DNA of 64,000 bases, from contig CDRNST010000354.1 in assembly GCA_977016875.1 (NCBI GenBank), positions 124,001-188,000 of the forward strand, given 5' to 3'. The notes beneath the pieces were generated by a model, which was not told where the DNA came from, did not search any database, and saw only the letters and a program-made list of their open reading frames with translations. Below are positions 1 to 11,959 of this stretch, piece by piece (within the stretch, counting starts at the first letter, position 1; every line of letters begins with the position of its first letter). This DNA comes from Pavona decussata (taxonomy: Eukaryota). The position numbers and the translations under genes are program-made.

Positions 1-3000
1 GTATAGCTCAGGTATTTGTAGTTATGAGGTAACAAAATTAGAAAATGATGTGATATGGTGAGTTATACATTGTCTGATAAATCATGCGAGGATATACATC
101 ATCAGTTTCTTCCTGTGGAAGTTCAACTTCTCAAAGGTCCAGGTGATCTGATAAGGAGGTACTCTTGCACCGGCAATGATATCTTGGGCCAGCAATATAA
201 TACCCATTCCACAACTTCCACTGCCAGCAGTCTTAAGCTTCCCATCGAGATTTTGCCGTGGAATAGAAATCCGCTTATGCCGCAATGAGGATAGCTGACT
301 GGGCACGATGGCATTGAGGATTTTTGCAGATGGGAACATACCTAATCGAAGAAAAATATGTGTATCTCACAGAGGAAAAAGGCTAGGATGCCTATATCTT
401 CTTTTTAGTTTAAACTAATCCTAACTGCCCCCACCCTGACCGTTATGAAAAATACTGAAAGGAGGACATAAAATTTACAGGTTAAATTTTCTTTTCAGTG
501 ACTTTAATCATGTCAATAAGCATATATATGAGCGTTAAATCCCCGCTTTTTCCCGGTGGTCGGGGGGGGGGGGGGGGGGGAGAGATTTCAAATGACTGGT
601 GCGTTAAACGTTTGTATGCAACAAGACATTCGATAGTAAGTTTCGTCGCTTTAAGCAGCTCGTGATCTGTTACGTTTCACTCAGAGATACAAGTTTAATC
701 TAGTGGACATTAAAACTACAAAGATTAATTAGGAGGGAAGCATAATGTAAAACTGATAAAATAATTATCTAGCTTAATGCTAAAAGGTGTGATACATTTC
801 CTGGTATAATTTTGTTCTGAATCCAAGTGGGTAAACACAATAAGATAGTCAGAGTTTGGGACGCAAGGCGGCCTTTATTAACAGTTAACACGAGAAAATG
901 CAACCAAGCTACGAATGTCGTCCGATAATATGAAATAGCTGTAAAGTATTCCTCCTATGGACGGTGGATTTCCAACTGAGTTAACATTCTAACTTTAAAG
1001 AGAAATAGGTAGTAGGTACGGAAACTGAATATATCTTTAAAAAAGTCACATTCATGCAGTCCAAATTTTGTATCCTAACGCTGGGTCTGGCTCCTTTCTT
1101 GGAGTAGACGTGACTTATAATCTGTTTCAATTCTAGTTGAGATAATTATCAGGCTTTTATAGGTGGATTAGATTAGCTCGACCCAGGATGTAACAAAGTG
1201 GTTTCCTAAGAATTGAAGGGTAAAAAGTGACTTTGAAATGTTGTGCTGATGCCTACTTAGAACCGAAAACGTGTCATTCCACGTGAGGGTTTATTTTTAA
1301 GGATTTCCCTTGCTGCGGGCTGTCAAGTATAAATACACATTAACTTTATACTACGGTCAGTCACAACATTCATGATCCAACTGATTCTTTGCAATGTGAA
1401 GTCATTTTTACCTACCTTCAAAGCAACTGCTGGTACGTTCAATCTCTGCGGCTATTCTGTCGATTAGGTTCTTAACCTTTTCTTCCTGTTTCTTAACCTC
1501 GTCGTTTTGTTTGCAAATCGCATCAATGACTTCCTTTTCAGCGGGGGTAGCTGCAAGAAATGTTTTTGGTAACACTCCGAATACATTATTTAACACCACG
1601 AGAAAAAATGTTATTTTAGTCATTGACAACTCTGGAGGAGAACTTTCGATAATTACAATTATCACGCTTTTGTAATACTTTTGGTTTTTCAGCCGATAAG
1701 AGACTAAACGACACATTCCATGTTTGTTTGTTTTAAAATCCCTTTCTTTATATTCAACAGTCAATTAACTGTTGCTTAACAACAATTAACTTTCCACTCC
1801 TTGAGTACTCCTAATCCCCTCCCCGTCTTGACCTCTTTTTTTTTTTTTTTCCAAAATCCTGGTTGAAAAGCTTCACAATTAACCAAGCCTGAGTTTCCCT
1901 GAGCTATGAGAAATAACAAACCTTTCAAAGGAACCGAGCTTAAACATTGAAACTTTTTCGGGCAAAAGAACAGCGGAATTGAACGATTCTTGATGCATAC
2001 ATTCAAAAACTTTCGTCCTCATAACTTAAAAACGTTGTCTATTGTAACGATGGCATCGTTTTTAATTATTAAAAATATCATGAAATTCCTTTCTTTCTTA
2101 TTTAAGTTCTATAATCCCGGTAAAATTTCAACAGCAATAGGCCTAATTTTCACAAGAAAACGATAAAGTGAAGGATTCGGGCAGTTCAGTAATAAAGTGA
2201 GGCCCTTCTCTCGCCCCATGTAACGGAATCCGGAATCCGGAATCCAGAGAAATTTTCATGTTGGAATCCGGAATCCAGGACATTTTTTATGTTGGAATCC
2301 GGAATCCAGTGAGCTGGAATCCGGAATCCACTCAAGTTTTGGAATCCGGAGTATACTTGTGTCAGAATCCACTTGTGTCGAATTGTTTTGGTAGATTCTT
2401 CTATTTTTCTACCCAGTCACCTTTTAGCGGTCTACCTCTGACTCTTCTACACTTGCGACACTCGAAACACGTGTTCGAACTTGTCCACGCACGACACACC
2501 TCTCCCGGGGGGGATATTTTCCCCATGACGTCAGCTTCAAAGCACATGCGACAAAAAAGATGCTCGAAGATTCGCTCGTTGACGCTTTCGAGTGCTTGCA
2601 TCGGAAGTTTTTTTGAAGTGTATCAAGTCGAAGCAAGTGGTTTTTAACTTCACTCCGGTTATGGGAAAGCACAAATCAAAGGAAGACAGGTAAGTTTACA
2701 GAAGTTTAACTTTAAGATATTTCGAGATATTGTTTATATGATTGATTGAGGCTGTAATAAGAAATACGTGTCGGATAAGTGAAGACAAAAAGAATCCAAA
2801 AAGAAAACCCGTCCTCAAATCAAAATTAAAGTGACTTCTCGATCGATCTCGAGTCTGATTCTTGAGAGTATTTCTTAGAACAAAGCAAAAAGTAGTTGAA
2901 GCCGAAATTAGAAGCAAAATGAAACTTCAGAAGCTTGAATGACTTGTTGATACTTGAATTTCTCGACATTTCTGCAGAAGAAACTTTGTTAACTTTAGAA

Positions 3001-3849
3001 AAACTCGAGGGAACAGTTTTCTGTAGTTTTGGGGCTCCATTTTTCATTTTGATCCGTTGATATAAGACTTTAAATCAGAAAAGTGAATCGTCGAAAAGGC
3101 AGATTAATTAAAAACTATTTCATTTTTATGGGCTTTTCGTTTTATTGTTTTTCTCGATGTTTTCTTTCTTAAGAGTCCAAAAACTCAAAACGCTAAGCGA
3201 TCTAAGGTCTTTGACATACTCAGAAAAACGATGGTCGGTAAAACTCAAGTAAAACTGATGGTTAAAGAGCAAGTATCTACAGTGCTTTGTTTGAATTACT
3301 AGTAGAATAAAACACCATTTTGACTCTTTACAAGTAAACGTTTCGACGCAAAGAAATAATTGAACGTAAACTGTTAATTCTAGCTCAGAGTTTAGTTAGA
3401 GCAGTTAGCTATGATAGCTAACTTTCGATAACTTAATAATCACGAATAATCTAAATTTAATAATTCGACGCAACATTGTCTACAATCACCCTTTTTATAG
3501 TCTTAGAAAAACCAGAAGCCTCCAATTCGGAAAAACAACCGTGAAATTGGCAATTGGTACTGTTCCTTCGGTCGTGCGGATATTCGGTTGTGTATGTTCA
3601 CTTTGCCTTGTGCCCTCGGGACATCTTGTCTGGTTATTAAGTTAGTCATTCAATGTCCTACGTGGTTCCGGCTTTGCGTTCATTCTTCTTTCCGTTTGTC
3701 TGTCTATTCCGTGCTTTCGTATTGATTCCGCCTTCTCCGCCAGTTCTGCTGGTGGCACAGCTTACTCAAAATCCTATCATGGGCTCATACATAAAATTTA
3801 ACCAATAGAATTTACCAATTAAAAGCTGTATTAAAACATTACGAAGAAG

Positions 3850-4904
3850 CAGGGGCGGATCCAGGGGGGGGGGGGGGGTGGATTGGGTGGCTAGCCAACC
3901 CCGTCTTCAGGGTCGTTTAAGGTTAAAATATAAAAGGGATCCAAAGTATCTCGATCCAAAGTATCACAAATGACTCGACGAACGCTTTTACTCGAATGAT
4001 GAAGAATGGAGCTGGGACACACATACACTAAAACAATGGACTGAGGCACATCATGACAACTTCTCACATATTTGAGCTTTATTTGCGCAAAGGAACTTTT
4101 GGAACCAATGCGACCATTCGCTGCTGCTCTACAAGGCCACCTATAGTTGAAAGTATACTGGAAATGAAATCAAAAGTCGTCGTTTGAACGCTTGTACGAA
4201 AAGGTCTTTTAACTCTTTCAGAACTAGTGGGGGCTACAGAACAACGTCCGTGTATTTGCAGTAGACAGCGGAATTGGGATAACACTCCCAACAGATTCAG
4301 TGGTACAGTACTGGAAGCCAACAGTGGCATTACCTTTACTGGACATAATTTTCCGCGAACTGAAATCTCGTTTCAGCAAACAAAAGTAGGCCCATTACGA
4401 ACTCTGTGCTCTCATTCCTACTGTGATCGTCACGAAGTCCAAAGAAGCCTTGGATGAAATTGGTAAATTATTGCAACAGAAGTGAGATCACGTACTCTGG
4501 TAACTTCCGCCAACCTTTAAAAGGGACCTATTTCGCTGGACCAATTACTGGAAGCGTCAAGCAGTGTCAGACGAAGTTTCAATAACCTGCCTTATAGAGA
4601 CACGTGCTAATAACATGTTCTTTCTTTTAATATCCGAGAACTTTTAACGATCCCGGCTTGCGATGCTACAGATGGGAAGCACGGAGGCTGAAAGATCACT
4701 TCACGCATGGCTAAGGAACGCACTAATAACAGAAAGAGTTGCTTGTTTGTGATTACAGCCTACTATACGTTAAATATAATCTTACTCTACAAATAAAATC
4801 ACGATATAGTGCTATTTTATTGCTGTATTGATTATCATCGTAATTTCCGATATCGTTCTGTCGCGTCAGCCACCCCCTCTTCAAAAATCCTGGATCCGCC
4901 CTTG
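3850..4904 (+). mobile_element. Deleted hAT element with transposase remnants
   Basis: TIR CAGGGGCGGATCCAGG / CCTGGATCCGCCCTTG; flanking AAGAAG repeat; remnant LLTIP...STEAERS...HAWLRN...TER at about 4640-4740 resembles the hAT dimerization domain. Confidence 0.75.
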
Positions 4905-5049
4905 AAGAAGTTCCTTCATGTTTTAATACCCGTGGCTGTCTTGCTACAGAGAAAGACTTCTTCTTTCTCCGATCTGACACAAAAATCTTTGGTAGCGACA
5001 ATTATACAAGTCTCATGCACGGGATGGAAGAGGTAACGCGCCCTCCTTA

Positions 5050-5421
5050 TGCCTAGTTTTGTGAGTTTTGACTAGGGACATAAGCGGAAGCGAAAGCATA
5101 CGACTTTAAGTCACTGAAAGCAGGCCCGAAATACACACATAAGCATGATGCTTTGAACAGCCACCTTTTAATAAATGCATGTGACAGCTTGTGCGAAAGA
5201 GACCAAGAAGGATTGTTATATTATTAGATGTAATAGTCCTTTCTGGTTATGCTTTCTGGTTAGCATAAGAGGAACATAATCATAATAGGAAGCATAACAA
5301 AAAGGGAAATTTTGGATTTTTATAAGCTTTTATACTTCTGCTTATATGCTCGCTTTGACAATGACATAGCGATGTTATGCATATACTTGTGCATATTTCG
5401 CTAGTGAAACGAACCAAGCTT
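5050..5421. mobile_element. Degraded Harbinger-like MITE with CATAAG motifs
   Basis: Ends resemble GCCTAGTTTT...ACTAG and CTAGTGAAAC...CCAAGCTT; repeated CATAAGC motifs inside. Confidence 0.45.
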
Positions 5422-5768
5422 TAATATAATAAGCAACCATTCGCAACCATGCTTAATGAAAGACTCAAAAGCAAAACCCTTTCAAAAAGCGCCGCTCATC
5501 ATGATCTTTACTGTGACGCTCAAGTCGACGATGAGTAGAACTTTTTAAATTTAGTTAACGCACTTCCTAAGAATCAAATGACAAAAGCTTTCTCATTTTT
5601 GTGACGTGCATTAATTTCTCAGGGAAATCATTTTCCTAATAAACTAAGGGAACGAACGTTTAGATTTATAGCTTGTGCATCATTTGAACTTTCCATTGAT
5701 GCCACTGATTTATGCAGAAAGTTACGTAATATATTGTAACTAAGTTTGAACATTAGCCGTCAATATTT

Positions 5769-5952
5769 GTTGTTCGGTATTTGTTGATCACTGATGTAAA
5801 CGGTATAGGAATTGCCAGTAAATACTACATGTGACGTTGTTCGATATTTTTTGATCATGTAAATAGTATATAGGAATTGCCAGAATACTACATGTGACGT
5901 TGTTCGATATTTGTTGATCATGTAAATGGTATATAAGAATTGCCAGAATGAC
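5769..5952. repeat. Tandem repeat, about 3 copies of a 63-67-bp unit
   Basis: Unit TTGTTCGATATTTGTTGATCATGTAAA...GAATTGCCAGAATACTACATGTGACG repeated. Confidence 0.85.
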
Positions 5953-6316
5953 GTTTTCGAAATGTTTTGTTCTATGAGAGGGTATCTGTGTTTTTTCCCA
6001 ACGGAATCATGACTTATTGTTCCACTACAATATGGGATAAAGGTATGTGTTTTGTTTAAATTATTACACTAGTACCAGAGCTGAAAATACGAGTAGAACC
6101 AAGGACGCCGTAATCTGGATTCCAAATTATTGGAATCCGGAATCCAGAGGCTTGGAATCCGGAATCCAGTGAATCCAGAGGGTCGGGATCCGGAATCCAG
6201 AGGGATGGAATCCGGAATCCAATACCTCTGTGGATTCCGTTACATAGGGCGACTTCTCTCTTACCTAGATCTTCTTACTCTTTGGTAACTGGTAAAGTCC
6301 GTTTTCATGTGTCAAC

Positions 6317-6535
6317 CAATCTCGTACTCAGAGTCCTCAGGCTCTTTGGCCAGCGGTTGGTCGCCAGGAGAGACTTTGGAGAATAAAAAAATAATAATAA
6401 TTTTTTTGATTGGCTACTCTGTATAAGCTCGTAACGGCTATTGTTTTATCGCAGTAATCCTCCGGTACCCGGCCAGAGTCTCTCCTACCGACCAACCGCT
6501 GGCCAAAAAGCATGTGGACTCTACATACGAGATTG
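6317..6535. mobile_element. MITE with CAATCTCGTA termini and about 8-bp TSD (P-element-like)
   Basis: Long imperfect TIRs CAATCTCGTAC...CCAGCGGTTGGTCG / CGACCAACCGCTGG...TACGAGATTG; ATGTGTCA on both flanks, with 2 extra nt on the left. Confidence 0.75.
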
Positions 6536-6694
6536 ATGTGTCAGGAATGTGACACAGCATAACTGCGCACGCTCAACATTTGTGGCAAAAAGGTTTGTTC
6601 ACGTATTGCCCAAGATGGATTTTCAAATCACTTTTATCGCTATAAATGTCGGTAATATTTCACCTTCCGTATCCAGACAAAAAAAAATCAATTA

Positions 6695-7508
6695 CAGTAT
6701 AACGGCCCTGTATTAAGCGGCTACCCTGTATTAAGCGGCCAGTTTTTAAAGTCCCGATTGTTTGCTCATACAAACGCTGTATTTGTTACCTGTATTAGGA
6801 GGCCACCTCTATTTAGCGGCCGCGGCCACCCTGTAGCAGTTCCATGTTTGTCTTTCTTTGTTATTTTTACCTGTATTAAGCGGCCACCCTTGAATGGAAA
6901 CTAAGCCATATGCGGTATTTTATTGTGTTTAAAATGCGATCCAGCATCACTATAAAAAAAATAACATGTACAACGCTACTGTAAGCTGATACTCGGCCGT
7001 TTAATATAGTTAACGCTTTTCATATGTCCGCAATGTGCTGAAGTACAGTACCATATCACGAACGCTAAAAAAAGTTAGTTTGAATATGCTTCAGTCTTTA
7101 GCAAGAAATTCCTCTCTAATTAACTTGCTCTTCAGCCATGTGACATTGAACGTTGAGCGTAACAACTATGAAATGACGGAATGAGATATTTTGTTGTGAA
7201 CTGTAAGTCATAGTAATAGAGCACTGTATACCGTAGGAGAGCAGAGGAAAATTTATTGTATAGTACTTTTACACAATGTTACGTATATTATATACCGTTA
7301 AGTCACAATTTGGCACTGAACTTTGTTTAAAGTATTGATCTCTTGAAAGAGTGTTTATTGTCCTATTGTTTCCTTGCATGAAGTATTTTTGTATGATACG
7401 CCATTAAAATTGACATTAGACCACGCCCAGTGAGTATTTTCAGTGATCCTGTATTAAGCGGCCAATTACTCAAGTCCCGAGGGTGGCCGTTATATACAGG
7501 TTCGACTG
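6695..7508. mobile_element. Tc1/mariner (pogo/Tigger-like) MITE
   Basis: TA|CAGT...ACTG|TA; repeated CCTGTATTAAGCGGC subterminal motifs. Confidence 0.75.
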
Positions 7509-7911
7509 TATTTCAAGTTTCTGGGAAAGAACAAAGACGCCGCTAATATAAGTTTTGTAGGTTGACAATTGTAGCCAAAGTGTGCGCGTTGTATCACGCG
7601 GGTGTTAGTTGTACGGGTCACATTGCCAAGCAAACGATTTTCACAAAACTTTGAGCAGAGAGACTATTAAACACTATTAAAACAATGTATGTTTATGAAA
7701 ACTTGTCGCAGTTTAATCAACGTAAAGTTTAAACCGATAAAAGAAACCACTTTCAAAAAAAATGACAGAGGTGTCAAGATAAAATTTTCTACGAGCACGC
7801 AAACCAAAGATCTGAAAAGTTGTGTGCTCGTGCCATTTCCATTGGCCAATCAGATTGAAGAACGTGACTGATATTACCAGATGTTTTCACCGAAAATAAA
7901 ACCTCTGGGTA

Positions 7912-8457
7912 CCTTATTGGTACTAATTTTCGCGTCGCTTTAATTTCGCGATTTAAAAAAGACTCGCAAACTTAAGCGACGCGAAAAAAAATTCCCGCGA
8001 ACTTAATGTCGCGAAATTTAATACCCTCCTATATTTCTTGTAAAACGGATCTCCCTCCAGAAGACCCATTCACTGACATCGAGCTCTCCCTAGAAATTGA
8101 TTAGAGGCCCAAGAACTTTATGCCAATCGTAGACATAGCTCTAGTCCACTTCACGGCTACAATGTAAATATGTATTATACAATTGCAAAGAACGTTAAGC
8201 ATAAGGATAATGTCTTTGACTATGCCTATAGTACACGATGCGGTTTCTGTAGTTTGGTTTTGTTACGAGTTGATGATTTACAGCAATAAGAAGTGTAAAA
8301 TAATAACAAAATTCTCGAAATAATTTTTTTTTCATTTCCGCGAAAAATAATTCCCTAAGAAAGTAATTTCACCCAAATCGCGAAAATAAAGACCCGTGAA
8401 ATATGCCGACCTTTTGTTCGCGAAATTAAGTGCCCGCGAAAATTAGAACCAATAAGG
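7912..8457. mobile_element. Tc1/mariner-type MITE
   Basis: TIR CCTTATTGGTACTAATTTTCGCG / CGCGAAAATTAGAACCAATAAGG; TA left, TG right. Confidence 0.8.
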
Positions 8458-8959
8458 TGCGAGATCGGCGACGCCCATTTGCTCTCGCTGTGAAAACTCT
8501 TGCGTTCAAGCGAAAACGAGCGAGCACCTAAGACTCAATACTTATGAATTAGTTTAATTAAAGACAAACTAAGGAAACTATCCGGTGAATTCGAATCACT
8601 AAAAAATAATTTCGTACAACAAAGTCGAGAGTGTTTTATTTTAAAAGGAGTTTTAAGTGTGTTTATGTTTTAAGTACGAGAGGTTTTGAAGTGAATGTTT
8701 TCAGCTGACAAAAAGCTATTGCCACACGCTCTTACACTGCTTAGGTTAAATTATATGAAAATATATATGGTTGTTACAGCAACAGGAGTTGAACCTATTT
8801 ACTAAGCTACAAGGGACTCGTGGGAGCTAGGCCATTAAACTGGGTACTATCTATTTCTACTCTTTTTCAGTTCACAACAAAACCTCTTTCCACTCTCCGT
8901 CTCAAATGTCACCTTAGGGTAAAAAGCTTTACCCACTCTTTGGAGAACTCTGATCACTA

Positions 8960-9589
8960 CCGTGTAGTATGAAAATTTTGCGGGTTTTAATTTTTGCGGA
9001 GTTTGCGGATTGACCTCGATCCGCAAAAATTAGTTCCCGCCCCCCCCAAAAAAAACACAAAATAAAACGCCGCAAATTTTAACTCCCTTCAGTCAAATTA
9101 AATACTCCGCTCCACTGGGACGAAATACATTGAACTTAAACAAAAACATTAAGATGATTTTCCATTGGAAAAAGCAACCACGTGCACGGAGCTTAGATAC
9201 ACTCGGTAGTCTGTATCTTGTCTGTATTATTAAACCCTATAATGAACAGTGTTTTGTTGTGCATATGCATGGCGGGGGTAGGCTTTTTGTTTTGTTTTGT
9301 TGTTGTTCAGTCTCTTTTCGCAGTAAGGTATTACAGTGTAATATGTAAGTAGAGTGAAAAAAAGAATTTAAAAAAAGTAGAGTGAACTGTGACTCAACAC
9401 ACCGTACAAAAAAAGTTGAAAATATTAACGTTTATTCTACTTAATGTCTGCTGCTTGAACAGAGAATCGCAAAAATTTGTTTCCAGCCGAAATTTCAGTC
9501 ATCTCGAACCACAAAAACTTGTTCTCGCAAACCACAAAAAATCGCCAATCCGCAAAATAAAACTCCCGCAAAATTTTCGTGCTACACGG
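8960..9589. mobile_element. Tc1/mariner-type MITE
   Basis: TIR CCGTGTAGTATGAAAATTTTGCGGG / CCCGCAAAATTTTCGTGCTACACGG; TA on both flanks. Confidence 0.85.
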
Positions 9590-9764
9590 TAGCTAAGCTT
9601 ATGAAATGATGAATATTTACCTCCAGACGTCATGCACTGTTTTGCCATCACCACCACATGGAACACTGTGATGACGAAGACTAGGAACATTGTTTTTTCA
9701 AAAGCCACCTTGATTCTAATGAATAAAAAAAAAACCCAAGGGATCAGTTATACATTTGTTACTG

Positions 9765-9912
9765 TAGACTACGAGCAAGTGCTAATTTTTCTTAAGGACT
9801 ATAAAGCGGGTGAACCTTGCGAGCAAGGGAAGCAATTTTCGCGTTCACTCGTGAGGTTCGCCAGCTTTACTCCCCGGCTAAGAAAATACAGTAAGGAACG
9901 GCTCATAGTCTA
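9765..9912. mobile_element. Small MITE with TAG termini
   Basis: TAGACTACGAGC ... GCTCATAGTCTA flanked by GTTACTG on both sides. Confidence 0.65.
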
Positions 9913-10285
9913 GTTACTGACTCGTATTGTGTAATTTGGCAGGGGTGAAAGATCGATATAAACGACTCCAATGTGAACTGTTTTCTCCTTTTTTGCCATA
10001 AATACAAGTAGTCTTAGTTGCACGTATCGATGCGTTATCTTAGTGAGAAAACTATGTTGACAGGCTACCGAAAGAAAAAAAAAGAGAGAAAAGAAAAGCT
10101 AGAAAGGAAATTTAAAGAAAAAGAACGAAAATAACACAGAAACAAGGCAAAAATCAATTTTCTACTCTGTAGAACATACCTCAAATTTGTATATATAAAC
10201 GTTGTATTCTGATCAGATGTACGTCCTTTTTCAACTGGGTGTGTGTAGCGCACGGTAGGTATATATGTTAAAAGATAAGCCCCGT

Positions 10286-10458
10286 TAGTGCCTAGGTAAG
10301 TGCCTAGGTAAATTATTAATGTTCAAACTACAGTGTAAGTGCCTCGGTAATTTAAACTGTCTAGGTAAGTGCCCAGGTAAATCATTAATATTCAAACTGC
10401 AATGTAAGTGCCTAAGTAATCCAAAGTGTCTAGGTAAGTGCCTAGGCAAATCATTAAT
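10286..10458. repeat. Minisatellite, about 3 copies of a 66-bp unit with CCTAGGTAAGTG motifs
   Basis: GTGCCTAGGTAAGTGCCTAGGTAAATTATTAATGTTCAAACT... repeated imperfectly. Confidence 0.8.
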
Positions 10459-10460
10459 CC

Positions 10461-10621
10461 TCAGATCCAATTGTTTCCTTGTTGTTTAGCGGGCTGACCT
10501 CTGTTGCGAGCTGTTAGATTGTCTCCATGGGTAGGCTGGTTGTCAAATACTGTACCAGTCTTTGTCCAACCACCGATGCCATTTTCGAAGTCAAACGTGC
10601 ACAATGTTACAAGAAGAAAGC
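10461..10621 (-). pseudogene. Exon fragment of a DFENG..GW..G..F.NQPT.GDN domain protein
   Basis: After an acceptor (ttaaccccag) it reads LCTFDFENGIGGWTKTGTVFDNQPTHGDNLTARNRGQPAKQQGNNWI*, then stops and runs into the minisatellite. Confidence 0.5.
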
Positions 10622-11959
10622 TGGGGTTAAAGGGAAATATTCAATGATATCGTGCTAAGCCATATCATCCCTATCCCTTTATCCCTAGTAGGGACCATAA
10701 TCAAATTTCGATGGCAGGGAAATCGATAAGCTGAATGGAATAGCTCTCTTACTGTGTCTAGTATGACATGAAGATTATAACAAGTATTGATATTTGTCAA
10801 TAGGCTGTAAAGGTCGGTAATGATATTTTATTTGGGCGTACGTAGATGAAACAGCTTTACTTCTTTAGTGTACTTTACAATGTACTTAAAGTCTTTTTGT
10901 AAGGCTTATTGCAACAATAAAATATAACCTACCAATGGTAAAAATCTCGTAGAGGACGATTCCATATGATCACCTGTGAAGTAGAAATGCATATAAGTAA
11001 GAAAATCTACCTCCAATAAGGATCGATTTCGATATCATTTTACAAGGAAAATTTGCGATAAAAACGTTACGACGTTTCGATGACTTAACTAATTTCATCA
11101 TTGTTAAGTACGGAGAAAAGAACATAAGTGGTATAAGTATACAGAAATTGAGTGAGAAAATATTCATGCACACTCTATCCGCGCGAAAATCTTTATTTGA
11201 TTGCCAATTTAATTTACATGAAATTTTCCCATTCCATTTCTGTATTTATAAAACGAAACGTCGTGTAATGTTTTTATCGCTAGTTTTTCTTCTAAAATCT
11301 ACCTTTCCGTTCTTATTTAATACTTATAAAATCATCTGCATGATATCACGGTTGTTGCGCACACTGTACAACTTACTGTGTTTCTTTGTTTTGACTTTGG
11401 ATAAAATTTTTAGAACTGTGGTTTCAGCAGTCTTTGTCTTTGTTACATTTTATTATTCTTAACAAGGTAATTTTGTTAGCAATGAGCTCAATATAAATTC
11501 TTTAAGTCTTTTACTCAGTTTTGCTTTTGTAGTCTTACTCTTCCATAAATCTGTGAGTAAGTAAGCTGTGACAATGCAATCCGGTGATCCGCGATAGTAC
11601 GACCTATAAAGTTTTGAGGACCCCAATTCCAGGAGCTGATGTTTAACGTCATAAATAGTTAAGCATCTGCCATTTTAAATACGTTGCATGAACTGTATCT
11701 CCTCAAGCAAAATAATTCAAGGAAAAGCTCGCTTACAAAGCGTTCGACAGTTTGAGGGCTAAAGTCCTATGAAAATATGTACTCACCATTTGTTTGTTTG
11801 TTTGTTTGTTGTCCAAGTCTTCCTTCCATTTCGGTACATTTTCAAGGACGGAGTTCGTCTTCACACGTCTTCACTTGTCGGCAAGTTCGTTGGTTTGAAG
11901 CGAAATCTCGACGATGTAATGAATATGCATTAGTTGCTGGAACCAATAAACAACTGCTA

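Larger units (their letters stand above)
2211..6252. mobile_element. 4.04-kb TIR element with GGAATCC subterminal repeats and 6-bp TSD, superfamily unassigned
   Basis: TIR TCGCCCCATGTAACGGAATCC at 2211 and GGATTCCGTTACATAGGGCGA ending 6252; CTTCTC on both flanks (2205-2210, 6253-6258); GGAATCC clusters at about 2226-2350 and 6132-6220. Confidence 0.85.
82..8478 (-). pseudogene. Degraded multi-exon gene with a Ulp1/SENP-like (peptidase C48) C-terminal region, interrupted by several transposons
   Basis: Removing three MITEs gives one frame: ATG 8478 MGVADLVPRGFIFGENI, an exon 7663-6265 with six stops, then exon 1550-1414 ATPAEKEVIDAICKQ...SCFE. Further on are LINLCSFNVH* near 700-730 (HW-like) and an exon from 341 with PRQ...GSGSCGMGIILLA (Q...CG-like). 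GT-AG sites seen. Family call rests on motifs only. Confidence 0.4.

Noticed and set aside
5769-5952. CRISPR-like array
   Set aside because: Whole units repeat with no unique spacers; no cas genes; eukaryotic context.
6265-7663. Multiple in-frame TGA as selenocysteine or Trp recoding
   Set aside because: The frame also has a TAA and MITE insertions, and every TGA fits CGA decay; no SECIS identified.
10285-10470. LPRH-repeat peptide ORF
   Set aside because: Reading of a minisatellite; no independent coding evidence.
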